A DNA stretch of 64,000 nt from an uncultured delta proteobacterium (GTDB taxonomy: Bacteria; Desulfobacterota; Binatia; UBA9968). The stretch covers positions 1 through 64,000 of the forward strand of contig CAVTUQ010000003.1 of the NCBI GenBank assembly GCA_963737905.1, read 5' to 3'. Positions within the stretch are counted from its first letter, which is position 1. Each line of letters begins with the position of its first letter. The translations under genes were made by a program, and so were the position numbers. The notes below the pieces were generated by a model that saw only the letters and a list, made by a program, of their open reading frames with translations, was not told the DNA's origin and made no database searches. Of the stretch, positions 61,608 through 64,000 are shown in pieces.

Positions 61608-63170
61608 TTATACGTCCCGCATTTGGCGCGGGGGTGTCGAAAGAGGCGCCCGTCTTTCTGGGCGGGTTTCTGTAACCGGTTCGGTCTGCTTAAAAGACTT
61701 TTTATCCAATCCGTATTCACGCATTTTGCGTGAAAGTGTCCGAATGCCTATACCGCAGCTCTTCGCCGTTAGCGCTATGTTGCCCTGAGAAACCGCCAGT
61801 TTTTGAGCCAAATACTGCTTTTCCTGATCCTTTAACCAATCACTCAGGGGAGCATCGGCGCCAGGTGTTTTCTTATCCTGCTTATATTCATCCGAGTGAC
61901 CGGGTAGATCTACTGCTTCTATGACCCGCCCTGTGGTAAGCACCATGGCACGCTCGAGCACGTTTTGAAGTTCTCGAATATTGCCCAGCCACGGATAGTC
62001 TATGAGCAACCGCATCACCTGTTTAGAAACGGAGCTGATACCTTTGTCCGCCGCTACGGGGTGACGATGAATAAAATCCTGAACCAAGAGCGGAATGTCT
62101 ACTTTTCTCTGACGCAGAGGGATAAGTTGGATCGGAATGACGTTAATTCGATAGTAAAAGTCTGAGCGCATTCTCCCTTCGGCAACCATTTCCTTTAGCG
62201 GAACATTAGTGGCAGCGATCACGCGCATATCCACCTGGATGCCGCGACTCCCGCCCAGCCGATGGACCTTTTGATCTTCCAGGACGCGCAGCAACTTTCC
62301 CTGCATCACAACCGACATACTTTCAATTTCATCGAGAAATAAAGTTCCGGTGTGAGCCAGTTCGATCTTACCTGCCTTGGCATGATCGGCTCCGGTGAAA
62401 GCGCCTTTCTCATAACCGAACAGCTCACTCTCCAAAAGGGTTTCAGGAAAACCCGCGCAGTTAATGGTCACAAACGGTTTTTTGCTACGACTACTATGAT
62501 AATGGACAGCGCTGGCCACCAGTTCCTTGCCGGTGCCGGTTTCTCCTTCAATGAGCACGGTCATTTCCGTTGGAGCGACCATCCGAATAATTTCAAATAG
62601 GCGGTGCATCTCGGCCGTTTTGCTGAGCATGCCGCCGAACTCGTAACCATTTTTGAGATAACGACGTAGATGGCGAATCTCCATGTAGACCCGGGTCTTT
62701 TCAAGGGCCGCCCGGGTGGATTCTTGCACGCTTCCCAAGTCAAAGGGTTTCACAACAAAATCACAGGCCCCGTGCTTGAGCACACTGATCGCTGTTTCGA
62801 TATTGGAATATCCGGTAATCGCGATCACAGGGACATCAGGATAGTTCTCCTGCATCCGCGTAATCAGCTCCACACCGTCCATGCCAGGGAGCTTGATATC
62901 CGTGATCACAAAATCGATACTTCCATCCGCCAGTTGCTTCAACGCATCTTCAGCGGAAGAGACGGGAACGACTGTGTAGCCACTATGGCTGTACAAGCGC
63001 TCCAACTGACTGCGGACTGCCGGGTCGTCATCAACCACAAGGATATTGGGGATCAGAGAACTCACGGGAGTACTCTTTTGAGATTCCTGAGAATCCCCAT
63101 TCCTCGGTGATTTCCCAGGAGAATCTAACAATGACGCAATGCTGTTTTTATCTATTTCAACGGAAGTCAT
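61608..63170 (-). CDS. Sigma-54-dependent response regulator (NtrC family)
   Basis: VVDDD, ITDIKLP, GETGTGKE, GAFTGA, FLDEI, GNIREL, HTH. Confidence 0.93.
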   Translation of the reverse strand: MTSVEIDKNSIASLLDSPGKSPRNGDSQESQKSTPVSSLIPNILVVDDDPAVRSQLERLYSHSGYTVVPVSSAEDALKQLADGSIDFVITDIKLPGMDGVELITRMQENYPDVPVIAITGYSNIETAISVLKHGACDFVVKPFDLGSVQESTRAALEKTRVYMEIRHLRRYLKNGYEFGGMLSKTAEMHRLFEIIRMVAPTEMTVLIEGETGTGKELVASAVHYHSSRSKKPFVTINCAGFPETLLESELFGYEKGAFTGADHAKAGKIELAHTGTLFLDEIESMSVVMQGKLLRVLEDQKVHRLGGSRGIQVDMRVIAATNVPLKEMVAEGRMRSDFYYRINVIPIQLIPLRQRKVDIPLLVQDFIHRHPVAADKGISSVSKQVMRLLIDYPWLGNIRELQNVLERAMVLTTGRVIEAVDLPGHSDEYKQDKKTPGADAPLSDWLKDQEKQYLAQKLAVSQGNIALTAKSCGIGIRTLSRKMREYGLDKKSFKQTEPVTETRPERRAPLSTPPRQMRDV

Positions 63171-63174
63171 TTGT

Positions 63175-64000
63175 CTAGTTTTTTTTTGACTCGGGCGCAC
63201 GAATCAGCAGAGAAAATACCCCACGGTTTGAATCCTCTTTGCGGAAGACGATTTCCCCGTAATGGCGCCTTAGAATTTGCTGCGCCACCGCCATGCTCAG
63301 TCCAAGCCGGTAACCATTTATGTTCGAAAAAGGACGAAAAACATCTCTCTCGTCCACCTGTAACGAAGTCGAGGAGGAGCTGACGATGTTCAGTTCGATA
63401 TAACGCTCTCCTTCTCGTCGGCGCATTCCCGCCTCGATTTTGAGCTCTCCCCCCTGGGGAAGAAGCGCGCGAGAAAAATCAATAACGCCTCTCAGGGCTC
63501 TATCGAATTGGCCATCTAGAGGCACCTTGGGGAGCGCTTCCTTGACGATCATCCCCGTCCGAATCCCGTGCGCGGCCATCTCCTTTTCTTTGCTTTGGAC
63601 CACCTCCGTCAATAGTAATGCCGGATCTTCGGTCCGAGGCCGATGTTTTGAAGGGAAAAGATACTCCTCGATTTCATGGGCAAGCGTACGAATCTGCGTG
63701 ATGCCACGAGCCATCGCTTCGGCGCTTTCCACGGATAAAACGCCCGACCACCGCGAAAGCTCCAATTCACCACTGATGGTCTGGAGATTATTCCCTATGT
63801 CATGGGTCAGTCCGCCTAACAGTTTCCGCAGGGGATAGGCCCTCGTAAATTCATCCTCGAACGCATCTTCCTCGGTGTAAAGACTCCATATTCCGAGCGC
63901 GCCCTGCTCCCGGCGGGAATGAACCATGGAAATTTCCCGCAGCCTGCGCGCTGTAACCTGATTCTTCGGAAGAAACCGATACTGACATGAAATTTGTTTC
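63175..64000 (-). CDS. Histidine-kinase-like protein with degenerate ATPase domain (5' end outside the window)
   Basis: THDIGNNLQTI H-box; VFRPF and LGLSMA; frame open to the window edge. Confidence 0.7.
   Translation of the reverse strand, partial: KQISCQYRFLPKNQVTARRLREISMVHSRREQGALGIWSLYTEEDAFEDEFTRAYPLRKLLGGLTHDIGNNLQTISGELELSRWSGVLSVESAEAMARGITQIRTLAHEIEEYLFPSKHRPRTEDPALLLTEVVQSKEKEMAAHGIRTGMIVKEALPKVPLDGQFDRALRGVIDFSRALLPQGGELKIEAGMRRREGERYIELNIVSSSSTSLQVDERDVFRPFSNINGYRLGLSMAVAQQILRRHYGEIVFRKEDSNRGVFSLLIRAPESKKN

Overview
A 64 kb bacterial chromosomal window of roughly mid-50s % GC (estimated by eye). Gene content (many solute-binding proteins, sigma-54 regulators, poly-GAF kinase, LigAB, F420-type PPOX, dense intergenic hairpins) resembles an uncultured Deltaproteobacteria/Binatia-type soil or sediment organism; this is inference, not a database result. 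Housekeeping genes (fabI, lnt, nth, gshB, rsmE, prmA, glnE, lpxA, yacG, tRNA-Phe, tRNA-Gly) are interleaved with transport, aromatic-catabolism and signalling genes and four toxin-antitoxin-type loci. At least 13 genic disruptions (mostly single-base indels, one in-frame TAG) suggest an unpolished long-read consensus, so split ORFs were rejoined by hand. Most notable: (1) a ~6.6 kb histidine kinase with 11 tandem GAF modules, one linker of which looks mosaic at DNA level; (2) many intergenic periodic 7-mer and 9-mer hairpins, plus a ~126 bp MITE-like element with co-varying ends and one chimeric copy; (3) an unannotated 42-codon leader ORF with PPP overlapping an SD-sequestering hairpin upstream of an amino-acid permease; (4) an orphan MORC-like GHKL ATPase; (5) a TumE/TumA-like TA pair; (6) a DUF1302-DUF1329-YCF48-MMPL operon. 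No CRISPR array, rRNA, integrase or transposase was seen.
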